Shown here: piece by piece, positions 37,833-47,534 of the stretch
Layout of the letters: the number at the start of each line of letters is the position of its first letter
Numbering within the stretch: the stretch's first letter is position 1
Source of the DNA: a virus
Taxonomy: Duplodnaviria; Heunggongvirae; Uroviricota; Caudoviricetes
Strand: one strand, 5' to 3'
Virus record (IMG/VR): IMGVR_UViG_3300042905_002309
Span: 169,278 to 233,277 of that record
DNA: 64,000 nucleotides
Notes under the pieces: model-generated
Seen by the model: only the letters and a program-made list of their open reading frames with translations
What the model was told of the DNA's origin: nothing
Databases searched by the model: none
Program-made: the position numbers and the translations under genes

Positions 37833-38960
37833 ATGAATAAAACATATCCAATTATTTACAAAAGAACTAAAACGTCAGCAATTCAGACATGGCAGATCAT
37901 AGTCGAGGGTAACACTTATTATACCGTAGATGGTCAAATAGACGGTGTTAAGAGCAAATCTGCGCCTACTGTGTGTAAGGGTAAGAACATTGGCAAGGCT
38001 AATGAGACTTCCGATGAACAACAGGCTATTGCAGAGGCAGAAGCTAAAATTGAAAAGAAGCTTAAAACAGGCTATAGTGAAGATATTGCAAATATCGATA
38101 CCTGTCTAAAGTATTTTGAGCCACAACTTGCTGAAAAGTATATTGAATTTAAGGATAGTGTTGTATTCCCCATCTTGGCAAGTCGTAAGATCGATGGTGC
38201 AAGAATGGTGAATACAGCTACAGCTATTACCACTCGTAAGGGTGAAGATTATCTAAGCTGTCCACATATTCAGAAGGCACTTAAACCCTTCTTTGCCAAG
38301 CATCCTAAAGGTGTGGTTGATGGTGAAATTTATTCACACGGTCAATTCTTTGAGAAGATCATGAGTCTTGTGCGTAAGAAGAAACCAACACAAGCTGAAA
38401 TTGATGAAAGTGAGAAGCTTTGTAAATTGTGGATTTTCGATGGTATTGTAGACGATTCAAAGGAAGGTTTTGCAAAGCGTTTTTCAGACCTTAAACGAGA
38501 ATTGAAGGCTACTATTGATTCTAAAACACTTGAAAAGTATTTTGTGTTTGTAGAGAATGTAGTAATCAACAGTCATGAAGCGTTTGAAGCTGAACATGAT
38601 AAGTATGCGGGTGAAGGATTTGAAGGTGCAATTCTTCGTTATGCCAATGCTCCGTATTACAATAAGCGTAGTAAGTATCTTTTGAAGTATAAGCATTTCA
38701 TTGATGAAGAGTTTGTGATTGTTGATTTTCTTGAAGGTACTGGTTCTGATGCAGGGTTGGCTAGTAAGATCGTAGTCCGTTTGAAAGATGGTTCAACGTC
38801 AGAAGCGGGTATCCGTGGTGATACTGCATACGTCACTCAGTTGTTGAAGGATCGTAAGCATTACATTGGCAAAAAGGCAACAGTTCGTTATCAGAATTTC
38901 ACCAAGTATGGTAAGTTACATTTTGGTGTAGCGGTTAATATTGATCGATTTGATATATGA
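37833..38960 (+). CDS. ATP-dependent polynucleotide ligase (DNA-ligase-type motif I KxDGxR)
   Basis: SRKIDGARM (motif I), EGAILRY (IV), LLKYK (V). Confidence 0.7.
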   Translation: MNKTYPIIYKRTKTSAIQTWQIIVEGNTYYTVDGQIDGVKSKSAPTVCKGKNIGKANETSDEQQAIAEAEAKIEKKLKTGYSEDIANIDTCLKYFEPQLAEKYIEFKDSVVFPILASRKIDGARMVNTATAITTRKGEDYLSCPHIQKALKPFFAKHPKGVVDGEIYSHGQFFEKIMSLVRKKKPTQAEIDESEKLCKLWIFDGIVDDSKEGFAKRFSDLKRELKATIDSKTLEKYFVFVENVVINSHEAFEAEHDKYAGEGFEGAILRYANAPYYNKRSKYLLKYKHFIDEEFVIVDFLEGTGSDAGLASKIVVRLKDGSTSEAGIRGDTAYVTQLLKDRKHYIGKKATVRYQNFTKYGKLHFGVAVNIDRFDI

Positions 38961-39217
38961 GAAACCTACAGTCAGTTGATTTGAAATTAGGTGAGTTCTA
39001 CGATGTATCTTATTATAATGGTAAGATTATTAAAACCAGAATGATTAAGGTTACACGTAAAGGATTCAACCTTTTAAATTTATTGACAAATCGATGTTTA
39101 TTGCACCGACACTTATACATGACAGGAATGGGTGACAAAGAATTTACTAAGAAGGGGGAAATTTCTGGTAAGTTTCTCGTTCACAAATTTATTACTGTAC
39201 ATCCTGTAAAAGTATGA
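38957..39217 (+). CDS. hypothetical protein
   Basis: ORF track. Confidence 0.45.
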   Translation: MRNLQSVDLKLGEFYDVSYYNGKIIKTRMIKVTRKGFNLLNLLTNRCLLHRHLYMTGMGDKEFTKKGEISGKFLVHKFITVHPVKV

Positions 39218-39246
39218 TATGATTATACGAAATAAAGGAGATTCAG

Positions 39247-40281
39247 ATGAACTTAACAAGCATAGAAACATTAAAAGCCAATTATGATGTTACAGAATTT
39301 AAAGAATATGTAATACCGATTCCAGAAAAGCCTACCAAAGGTTTAGTTTTAATTGTGGGTAATAGTGGTAGTGGTAAGTCTACTATCATTAAGAAGTGGT
39401 TTCCTGATGTCGAACCTATCGCCTTCGATAATAAAGTTAGCGTTATTGAGAATTTCAAAACACTTGAAAATGGTGAAAAACTATTGAAGTCGTTTGGGTT
39501 ACGTTCCATTCCAACGTGGTTTCGCCCTTTTAGCACTCTTTCAAATGGTGAGGCACATCGAGCCTACTGTGCAAAGTGTATTGACTCTGGAATAAATTTT
39601 ATTGATGAATTTACATCTGTTGTAGATCGTGATACTGCGAAATCCTTATCAGCTTCTATTAAAAATTGGTATAAAGATGGGTTATTAGTTTTAGCAACTT
39701 GCCACCATGACGTTGAGGAATGGCTATGTCCTGACGTTATATATGACGCTGATAGGCAAGAGTTCAGAGAAAGAAGGTATCTTTGGCGACCAAAAATCAA
39801 ACTTGACATTTATCCATCCACAGTCAAAGATTGGATTTTATTCAAAAAGCATCATTATCTAAGTGGTGACTTAGCTTCATCCTGTCATTGTTATACTGCT
39901 TACATCGGAGAAAAGCCTGTTGGTTTTGTTGGGGTGATACACGGTACTGGTAGAGATATTAAAAGCTATTGGAGAGAAAGCCGAATTGTCGTGTTACCTG
40001 AGTTTCAAGGTTTAGGTATTGGTAAGACGCTTAGTGATGCTATTGCACAGGAATATAAAGATCGAGGGTTAAGATATTTCTCTAAAACAGCGCATCCTGT
40101 ACTAGGCAATTATCGAAATGCTTCTAAATTGTGGAGAGGCACTAGTACTAATGGTAAAGCTAGACCGTCTTATATTAAAAAGGATGGTCAAGCAAGAACA
40201 CATAAAGGATTTGGCACTACAAAGGAATCACTTTTAAGAGATTCAGTACGTGTTTGTTTTTCACATGAATATATGGGGTAA
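39247..40281 (+). CDS. ABC-type ATPase domain fused to GNAT acetyltransferase domain
   Basis: Walker A GNSGSGKST, ABC signature-like LSNGEAHR, Walker B IDEFTSVVD; C-terminal VVLPEFQGLGIGKTL GNAT motif A. Confidence 0.6.
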   Translation: MNLTSIETLKANYDVTEFKEYVIPIPEKPTKGLVLIVGNSGSGKSTIIKKWFPDVEPIAFDNKVSVIENFKTLENGEKLLKSFGLRSIPTWFRPFSTLSNGEAHRAYCAKCIDSGINFIDEFTSVVDRDTAKSLSASIKNWYKDGLLVLATCHHDVEEWLCPDVIYDADRQEFRERRYLWRPKIKLDIYPSTVKDWILFKKHHYLSGDLASSCHCYTAYIGEKPVGFVGVIHGTGRDIKSYWRESRIVVLPEFQGLGIGKTLSDAIAQEYKDRGLRYFSKTAHPVLGNYRNASKLWRGTSTNGKARPSYIKKDGQARTHKGFGTTKESLLRDSVRVCFSHEYMG

Positions 40282-40300
40282 ACTCCATTAGAAAGTTAAT

Positions 40301-41041
40301 ATGAAAGAAGTAAAAATAGTAGCAACTAGCGATATACATGGGGAACTTGAATTCAAGATTCCTTCTGGTGATATTTTGACTATTAGTGGTGATATCTGTC
40401 CTGTTAATGGCTCACATAATCCGACTAATCAGATGTATTGGCTTAAAAACCATTTCCTACCTTGGACTGACCAGTTAATTAAGAATAAAGTGGTTAAGCA
40501 TGTTGTCTTTATTGCGGGGAACCATGATTTCGTCTTTAAAAAGGTTACTACTAATACTACAGGTGATTTCTATATGTCGTTACCTGATAATGTACATTTT
40601 CTAAACGATTCTGGCGTTGAACTTGAAGGTGTTAAAATCTATGGTACACCGTGGACACCGACCTTTGGTAATTGGGCGTTTATGACTTGTGAGGAAGCTT
40701 TGGATAATATTTATTCTAAGATTCCAGAAGGTTTGGATATACTTTTATCTCATGGCCCTGCTTATGGTTGGAATGATGTAATCTTAAAAGGCCCGTATAA
40801 AAGTTATTCCAGAGAAGATGAACATATCGGTTCAAAATCTTTGAGAAAACACATACTTAGAGCTAAACCTAAACATTTTTGTTATGGTCACATACATGAG
40901 TGTTCACATACTCCGTTAATTATTCCACATATTAACGAAAATATTGAACGGGTATCAGAAACTACTAGTAATTGTGTTTCTTTGCTTAATGATGATTATG
41001 AGATTGAATATCCAACATATCAATTTAATCTTGTAAAATAG
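40301..41041 (+). CDS. calcineurin-like metallophosphoesterase
   Basis: TSDIHGE, GDICP, GNHDF, SHGPAYG, GHIHE motifs. Confidence 0.75.
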   Translation: MKEVKIVATSDIHGELEFKIPSGDILTISGDICPVNGSHNPTNQMYWLKNHFLPWTDQLIKNKVVKHVVFIAGNHDFVFKKVTTNTTGDFYMSLPDNVHFLNDSGVELEGVKIYGTPWTPTFGNWAFMTCEEALDNIYSKIPEGLDILLSHGPAYGWNDVILKGPYKSYSREDEHIGSKSLRKHILRAKPKHFCYGHIHECSHTPLIIPHINENIERVSETTSNCVSLLNDDYEIEYPTYQFNLVK

Positions 41042-41093
41042 GTTTGTACATATCATTATACGATGAAAAAATTACAGGAGAAAGTGTATAAAA

Positions 41094-41582
41094 ATGAAAG
41101 AAATTAGATACGAAACTAATATACATACATTAAAATTTGATGTACCTAGTATTTTTCTAGCGGGTGTGACTGTTAGAGGAAATCAAACCCACTTGACTTC
41201 ATGGCGTTTTGAAGCTATTGAATTATTCAAGTCTAAAGGATTTGATGGCAATTTAATCATTCCTGAATTTATTGATAAGACTGAATCTGATAAGTATCGC
41301 TATGATTTACCAGTGTGGGAAAATTGTGGACTTTCGAATTCACATGTGATAATGTTTTGGATACCACGAACAAGAGAATTAATTGGACTTACGACTAATT
41401 TTGAAATGGGTTATTGGATGGCTCGACATCGTAGAAAACTTGTCTACGGTAGACCTGATGATTCATTTCGACATAATTATAATGATATCATGTGGGTGGA
41501 AGATGCTCAACGAGTTGGTGCGTCATGTCCAATTTATAACACTTTGGAGAAGACGGTTGATGCCTCTTTAAAACATTTATGA
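41094..41582 (+). CDS. nucleoside 2-deoxyribosyltransferase-like protein, paralog A
   Basis: IFLAG...GFDG...VIMFWIPR...GLTTNFEMGY...YGRPD; paralogous to 57396-57881. Confidence 0.5.
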   Translation: MKEIRYETNIHTLKFDVPSIFLAGVTVRGNQTHLTSWRFEAIELFKSKGFDGNLIIPEFIDKTESDKYRYDLPVWENCGLSNSHVIMFWIPRTRELIGLTTNFEMGYWMARHRRKLVYGRPDDSFRHNYNDIMWVEDAQRVGASCPIYNTLEKTVDASLKHL

Positions 41583-41812
41583 ATAACCATATTAAAACTT
41601 GTCCATATTGTCAAGGTGATGGCGTTGTGACTAAAGATTGGGAAGATATTGAAGTCGGTGATGTAGTTATTTGGAAAGGTTATGGTAACACTCCATCTTA
41701 TATAGTAACTGCTATCGAATCAAGAATCCCCATACATAGTTGGATTGTTGAACATGATGGTGATAAGTTTGAAATGTATGAAGCTAATTTTGGTGGCTTT
41801 GTAAAGGATTAA
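41579..41812 (+). CDS. zinc-ribbon small protein (CPYCQGDG)
   Basis: ORF track. Confidence 0.45.
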   Translation: MNNHIKTCPYCQGDGVVTKDWEDIEVGDVVIWKGYGNTPSYIVTAIESRIPIHSWIVEHDGDKFEMYEANFGGFVKD

Positions 41813-41813
41813 T

Positions 41814-42239
41814 ATGCAAACATTTTTACCATCTAATGATTTTATCGAATGTGCTAAAATACTCGATAAACGGAGACTCAATAAACAGAAGGTTGAATGT
41901 TATCAAATATTAAAAACATTGCATCTAGGTGATAATGCTAAAGGTTGGCGTAATCATCCTATTGTTAAAGCGTGGAGAACACATGAGGAAACATTAATCG
42001 AATATTCATTAATTATTGCCAACGAATGTATCAAACGTGGTATGAAGGATACATTAATACCTAAAATTTCAGAATTTAAAAATTATTTCAAAAATACTAC
42101 ATATCCTTCTTGGTTAGGTGACGAAGCTTTTCATAACACACATAAATCAAATTTAATGCGTAAAGCACCGGAATACTATAAACAATTCAATTGGAAGGTT
42201 CCCAATAATTTACCGTATATTTGGCCTATTGGTAATTGA
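41814..42239 (+). CDS. hypothetical protein
   Basis: ORF track. Confidence 0.5.
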   Translation: MQTFLPSNDFIECAKILDKRRLNKQKVECYQILKTLHLGDNAKGWRNHPIVKAWRTHEETLIEYSLIIANECIKRGMKDTLIPKISEFKNYFKNTTYPSWLGDEAFHNTHKSNLMRKAPEYYKQFNWKVPNNLPYIWPIGN

Positions 42240-42270
42240 CATTCAATAAGAAGGGGTATATGGTTACGCT

Positions 42271-42666
42271 ATGAAAATTAACAAAGTAAATATGATTAAT
42301 GTAAGTGAATGGGATAAGCTCGTAAAGGATACTTATAAGCGACCATATTGCTTCCAACAACAAGATGGGTGTAAAGATCGAGGAACTTTTCCTATAACTG
42401 TACCAGAGTTTGCAGATGATTATGAAAATGATACTGTTCCAGAAGAGGTCAATCACGAAGAAATGGGTGTAAGTTTTAAGGCATGGCTTAATCGTGACCC
42501 CAAATCACCATTGAAAGACGAAGAAGAGGGTAGTGACACAGAACAATGGGAGATTGATATGTGGTGGGATCGCAACTTCTATCCTAATATTCAAATGATT
42601 GCAAACGATTTACAGGAACGTGGTCTATTAGATGCTGGTGATTATGTGATAAATATTGATTGGTGA
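42271..42666 (+). CDS. acidic hypothetical protein
   Basis: ORF track. Confidence 0.5.
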   Translation: MKINKVNMINVSEWDKLVKDTYKRPYCFQQQDGCKDRGTFPITVPEFADDYENDTVPEEVNHEEMGVSFKAWLNRDPKSPLKDEEEGSDTEQWEIDMWWDRNFYPNIQMIANDLQERGLLDAGDYVINIDW

Positions 42667-42670
42667 AATT

Positions 42671-42952
42671 ATGAAATGTATACAAACTTACGCAAAATGT
42701 CGTTTGAATAAGGGTACTTGTGGTTATAGTTGCAGATATTTGTTAGTAGAGAAACCTATTACAAAAGTTGCCAAAAAGAAGAAGGTATTTCCTAATGCAA
42801 ATCTTACCCGTATACCTAAATGGTTTAATTATATGTTTGAATGCACGTTGGAACAATGCCCAACTGCAAGAACATTTCCAGAACTTTTGGCCTATAGAGC
42901 GTATCTATTAGGTAAGGCTACTGAAAAATATCCTGCGGATTATACGAAATAA
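42671..42952 (+). CDS. Cys-containing hypothetical protein
   Basis: ORF track; ATG 42671. Confidence 0.45.
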   Translation: MKCIQTYAKCRLNKGTCGYSCRYLLVEKPITKVAKKKKVFPNANLTRIPKWFNYMFECTLEQCPTARTFPELLAYRAYLLGKATEKYPADYTK

Positions 42953-43270
42953 GTTGACTTTGAAATTAGAATAGCATAGAGTATTACTTTCAGAACGAGG
43001 TAGGATTAGAAGTGTCCATCCTTTAAAGAGTGAGTCGAATAAAAGGAATAGTTACATATTCATAAATGGGTGATCCCGTTTAACACGTTCCAAAAGCGTT
43101 AATATGTCCAACATAAATAGACTATTAGATATATGAAGAAGTCTTGGTTGACGGTGTATGAGAAGGTTGGATTAAATCTACAGCACAACGAAAGTAACGG
43201 TAGGCCAAGCTTTAGACTCTTTGGTGTAATAACACAATTCTGAAATTCATTGATAAAATAGAAAGGAAAT

Positions 43271-43513
43271 ATGTTTAAATTTAATAAAAAGTTAATTACG
43301 GTAGATGAAATTCAAAAAGAGGTTGACACTTATGAATGTTGGTCGGTGGAATGGATATCACATACTGGCGATTATTATGCATACAGGAGAAACTGTAAAG
43401 AGTTTTTTACCAAAGAAGATGATGCTAATATATTTCACAAGAATATTGTTGACGCAGGTAAACTTCTTAGATACAACGCATTAACGGTATATCCTGTTAA
43501 AAAAGAAAATTAA
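43271..43513 (+). CDS. hypothetical protein
   Basis: ORF track; RBS gaaaggaaat. Confidence 0.45.
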   Translation: MFKFNKKLITVDEIQKEVDTYECWSVEWISHTGDYYAYRRNCKEFFTKEDDANIFHKNIVDAGKLLRYNALTVYPVKKEN

Positions 43514-43516
43514 AAT

Positions 43517-43551
43517 ATTAGTTGACTTTGTAACGAAAATAGTAAACAATT
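43517..43551 (+). repeat. promoter-like repeat GTTGACTTTGTAACGAAAATAGTAAA(C/T)AATTGA, copy 1 (copy 2 at 43777-43811; related AGTTGACTTTGAAATTAG at 42951)
   Basis: ~30-bp near-identical direct repeat preceding consecutive genes. Confidence 0.5.
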
Positions 43552-43556
43552 GATTT

Positions 43557-43778
43557 ATGAAACGTGGTAAAAAATCCTGTACTAATAAGAAAAAATGGGC
43601 AGACACCCTTCCAGACCCACAATTTTGCATAAGGTGTAAGAAAAGTGCTGATGGTTATATCTTAAAAGATAGTATTTTGGATAGTTATACCACAGAAGGT
43701 TCACAACCACCCGCAAAATTGGGCATATGTAAACAATGTAAACAATCGTCTGGAACAAGAATATATTGGTATAAATAG
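43557..43778 (+). CDS. zinc-ribbon small protein (CIRCKKS...CKQCKQS)
   Basis: ORF track. Confidence 0.45.
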   Translation: MKRGKKSCTNKKKWADTLPDPQFCIRCKKSADGYILKDSILDSYTTEGSQPPAKLGICKQCKQSSGTRIYWYK

Positions 43779-43880
43779 TTGTTGACTTTGTAACGAAAAT
43801 AGTAAATAATTGAAACATTGCGATAGATAATAGTTATAAGCAATGTTTAACTGAAATAATAAGATCGAAAGGAAAATATT

Positions 43881-44789
43881 ATGAAGAAAGTAGAGAAACC
43901 TACCGAGGATATCGGAATTGTGATAGGGCGTTTTCAGGTGCATGAACTCCATTCTGCACATTTAGATTTAATTCAAAGTGTTTGCAATGAACATGAGAAA
44001 GTTATTATCTTTCTTGGATTAAGTCCTTTAATGGTTACATCAAATAACCCTTTAGACTTTGAATCCCGTAAACAAATGATTTTAGAGAGTTTTCCAAAAG
44101 TTATTGTAATGTATATTAAAGATAATCCATCTGATGAAGTTTGGTCTAAAGATTTAGATGAAAAAATCCGAGATTTAGCAAGTCCTACGCAATCCGTTGT
44201 CCTATACGGAAGTAGAGATTCTTTCATTACACATTATTCTGGTAAGTATCGTACACAAGAATTGATGCAGGAAACTTATATTTCTGGTTCTGAAATTCGT
44301 AAGAATATTTCAAAGAAGGTTAAATCTTCTGCGGATTTCCGAGCAGGGGTGATTTGGGCTTCTGGAAATCGTTTTCCTACCTGTTTTCCTTGTGTTGATA
44401 TCGCTATCTTCAATGAAGATTATAGTAAGATTCTATTAGCTAGGAAGGCTAAAGAAACACTCTACCGCTTTGTAGGAGGCTTCGCAGACCCTAAATCAGA
44501 CTGTTACGAGACTGATGCCCGTAGAGAGGTTCAAGAGGAAACTGGACTCGAAATTGGGGATTTGAAATATCTTGGTAGTACTATTATCAACGATTTTCGT
44601 TACAGACGAGAAATAGATAAAGTCAAAACACTATTTTTTGTTGGAAAAATCTTATTTGGTCGTCCAGAAGCGAATGATGATATCTGTGAAGTCAAATTCT
44701 TTGATATTGACAAGCTAACGGCTACTGATATGATTCCTGAACATAAGCCATTATTTGATATGTTACAAAAATATTTGAAGAAATCTTAA
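43881..44789 (+). CDS. natV: bifunctional NMN adenylyltransferase / Nudix hydrolase (NadM-Nudix, NatV-like)
   Basis: IGRFQVHELHSAH (GRFQPFHxGH-type) N-domain; Nudix box GGFADPKSDCYETDARREVQEETGLE. Confidence 0.85.
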   Translation: MKKVEKPTEDIGIVIGRFQVHELHSAHLDLIQSVCNEHEKVIIFLGLSPLMVTSNNPLDFESRKQMILESFPKVIVMYIKDNPSDEVWSKDLDEKIRDLASPTQSVVLYGSRDSFITHYSGKYRTQELMQETYISGSEIRKNISKKVKSSADFRAGVIWASGNRFPTCFPCVDIAIFNEDYSKILLARKAKETLYRFVGGFADPKSDCYETDARREVQEETGLEIGDLKYLGSTIINDFRYRREIDKVKTLFFVGKILFGRPEANDDICEVKFFDIDKLTATDMIPEHKPLFDMLQKYLKKS

Positions 44790-45035
44790 AATGAACGACT
44801 TATTTGAAAAAGAGCCAATATGCTTTGAAAGTCCTGAAAAGAATGTATGGAAATATATTTTCCACTTTAAAGTGGCTATAGCGGAAGCAGTATTATACCG
44901 TTATAACTCTTTTGAAGATAGGACAGTTCTTTGCGTTTCGGTTTCTAGTGGCTGTAGCGTTGGATTTTTTAGAGGGTTGTAAGTTATATTTGAAACGAAG
45001 AGAAGAATTGAAAAAAGCATTGAAAGGATAAAATT

Positions 45036-46415
45036 ATGGAAAACAACATTATTACATTGACTGATAGTTATAAATTTACGCATTTTCAACAGTATCCCAA
45101 AGGTACGGAATACATTTACTCATACTTTGAGTCTCGTAATGGAGCCAAGTACAACAAGACTGTGTTTTTCGGTTTGCAATATTACCTTAAAGCATACTTG
45201 CAGGGTACGGTAGTTACTCGTAAGGGTATCGAAAGTGCCGCAAAACTTTGTAAGGCTCACTTTGGTACTGAAAAGAATTTTAATCGTGAGATGTGGGAAT
45301 ACATACTTGAGAAGTATGATGGGAAGCTACCTATCAGCATCAAGGCAGTACCAGAAGGTACTCCTGTATCAGTTTCAAACGTTCTTATGACGGTTGTTAA
45401 TACTGATCCTAAGTGTGCGCCTTTGACGAATCATTTGGAAACATTATTGTCTCAGATTTGGGGAGCTTCGACTGTCGCAAGTCTTTCCTATGAGACATAT
45501 AAATTGATTGAATTTTATCGTGATCGCACAGGAACACGTAATGGAATTAAGTTTGGTTTACATGATTTTGGATTCAGGGGTGTTAGCTCTGTAGAATCTG
45601 CTGGTGTGCTTGGTGCAGGACATTTGCTAAATTTTCTTGGTACTGATACCGTAAAGGCTATGGAAGTGGCAATGGAATACTACAATGCACCACTAGACGG
45701 ATTGGCATATTCAGTCCCGGCTACTGAACATTCGGTCATGACAGCTAGGGGTAAAGAAGGCGAAGAACAAGTTTTTGCTGAATTACTTGGTACATATCCA
45801 GAAGGTATCTTGAGTGTGGTTATCGATTCTTACGACTATAAGAACTTTGTAAATGTAATTGTTCGTAAGTATAAGGATGTGATTCTTGCTCGTAATGGTA
45901 AGCTTGTTTTACGCCCAGATTCGGGCGATCCCACATCTGTAACAATTGATGTGTTTAATATGGTTGCGGATATCTTTGGAACAACTAAAAATGACAAAGG
46001 TTATAAGGAATTACACCCAAAACTTGGTGTTCTATGGGGTGACGGTATTGATTATGCGGGTATCCGTAGCATCTTATTCAGTTTGAGTAATAATATGTAC
46101 TCTACTGATAGTCAAGTTTTTGGTCAAGGTGGAGGCTTACTACAAAAGATCGACAGGGATTTTCAGCGTTTTGCATTTAAATCTTCTGCACAATGCCGTG
46201 AGGGTGTATGGTACGATATCTTTAAAAATCCTTTGGAAGTTAGTAAGGTTTCCAAGAAAGGTAAGTTGAAACTCATTAAAGATGAAAAGGGTGATTTTCA
46301 TACTGTTGGATTAAGTGATCCTCGTCCTGACGAATTAGTTGAAGTGTTTCGTGATGGTGAAATCCTTAAAGAATATACCTTTGACGAAGTTCGTAAGAAT
46401 GTTGGAACTTGGTGA
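45036..46415 (+). CDS. nadV: nicotinamide phosphoribosyltransferase (NadV/NAMPT)
   Basis: TDSYKFTHFQQYP...YSYFESR...FFGLQYYLK matches NAMPT (DSYKVTHYKQYP...YSYFECR...FYGLQYIL). Confidence 0.95.
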   Translation: MENNIITLTDSYKFTHFQQYPKGTEYIYSYFESRNGAKYNKTVFFGLQYYLKAYLQGTVVTRKGIESAAKLCKAHFGTEKNFNREMWEYILEKYDGKLPISIKAVPEGTPVSVSNVLMTVVNTDPKCAPLTNHLETLLSQIWGASTVASLSYETYKLIEFYRDRTGTRNGIKFGLHDFGFRGVSSVESAGVLGAGHLLNFLGTDTVKAMEVAMEYYNAPLDGLAYSVPATEHSVMTARGKEGEEQVFAELLGTYPEGILSVVIDSYDYKNFVNVIVRKYKDVILARNGKLVLRPDSGDPTSVTIDVFNMVADIFGTTKNDKGYKELHPKLGVLWGDGIDYAGIRSILFSLSNNMYSTDSQVFGQGGGLLQKIDRDFQRFAFKSSAQCREGVWYDIFKNPLEVSKVSKKGKLKLIKDEKGDFHTVGLSDPRPDELVEVFRDGEILKEYTFDEVRKNVGTW

Positions 46416-46524
46416 TGAAAAAGGACAATATTCTTAACTACATCAGAAAGCATAAAAAGGTTAAGGGAGTCAACAAGAAAACTGTTGACTTCTATACCGA
46501 ATATAAACCGAATAAGAAGGGTTA
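46414..46524 (+). CDS. tiny basic ORF (36 aa)
   Basis: Read by eye; overlaps nadV stop. Confidence 0.25.
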
Positions 46525-46527
46525 ATT

Positions 46528-46950
46528 ATGGCAAATATTCGACAAAGTATTTTAGTTAGAACAGATTTAAACCTTCCTAAAGGATTATCAGAAGCACAAG
46601 TGGCACACATTCATTTTGAGATGTTTAGAAAATTGTTATTAAATGATATTACTAAATCACAGTTAGATAATGATTTTAGTGTTAAAGTTACGATAGATAA
46701 GTCAATTTTAGAATGGTTAGATAGTCCGTATATTTTTGTACACGGTGTACCAAATATGGAAGTCTTGCGTCATTTTATTACACAAGCTAATACACTTAAA
46801 GTTCCTTATACTGAATGGCGAGATACTATCTATGTAAAAGTATCTGAAACACAAAAGATTGTGGTTGAAGATTGCTTAGTAGGTGTGGCCTTTTTGGGTG
46901 ATAGTGACAAGATTCGTGCTATAATTGGTGACTTGCCGTTATTGGGGTAA
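46528..46950 (+). CDS. hypothetical protein
   Basis: ORF track. Confidence 0.5.
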   Translation: MANIRQSILVRTDLNLPKGLSEAQVAHIHFEMFRKLLLNDITKSQLDNDFSVKVTIDKSILEWLDSPYIFVHGVPNMEVLRHFITQANTLKVPYTEWRDTIYVKVSETQKIVVEDCLVGVAFLGDSDKIRAIIGDLPLLG

Positions 46951-46954
46951 TATT

Positions 46955-47179
46955 ATGAATATAACCGAAGATATGCAATTTTGTAAACGTGAGCCGTATA
47001 AGATATCATTTTTTGATAGAATTAAATGTATCTTTGGTAAACATGATTGGGGATATTGGGGTACATTTAATGATGAATTTAATTTAGACGATATTACAAA
47101 TGAAAGAACGTGTATGGTTTGTCGTAAACATCAAACCGAAGTTGATTTAAACCTTTCTATCTGGAAAACTGTGAAATAA
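46955..47179 (+). CDS. Cys-containing small protein
   Basis: ORF track; ATG 46955. Confidence 0.45.
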   Translation: MNITEDMQFCKREPYKISFFDRIKCIFGKHDWGYWGTFNDEFNLDDITNERTCMVCRKHQTEVDLNLSIWKTVK

Positions 47180-47180
47180 C

Positions 47181-47534
47181 ATGGATTTACGTATGCCATC
47201 ACCGACATCTAGCCCATTTGGTAAGCTAATTGAAAAGCCTTTAGCACAAATGGGATACAGACCTTACAACGGTTCAAATAATCTTTTTGCAAAGACTGTT
47301 GGATATACTTTGTTAGTGGTCGATACAAATGACTTGACGCTAACACAGTTCTTTAGTAAGGTAGATGGGAAAGGTGCAATATATAAGACACATACCATAA
47401 GTGAGGAATGTAATATATTGGATCGTATTAAAGATATTGAAAGTTTTGGATGTAAGTATGATTTTTGTTGGAGCAAGGATTTGAAAGATTTCAGTTTTCT
47501 ATCAATTTCAGAACAGTTAGGATTTATTTTATGA
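47181..47534 (+). CDS. hypothetical protein
   Basis: ORF track. Confidence 0.5.
   Translation: MDLRMPSPTSSPFGKLIEKPLAQMGYRPYNGSNNLFAKTVGYTLLVVDTNDLTLTQFFSKVDGKGAIYKTHTISEECNILDRIKDIESFGCKYDFCWSKDLKDFSFLSISEQLGFIL

Noticed and set aside
44791-44982. 63-aa ORF between natV and nadV
   Set aside because: No RBS, odd composition; probably non-coding spacer. It could carry a nadV promoter instead.
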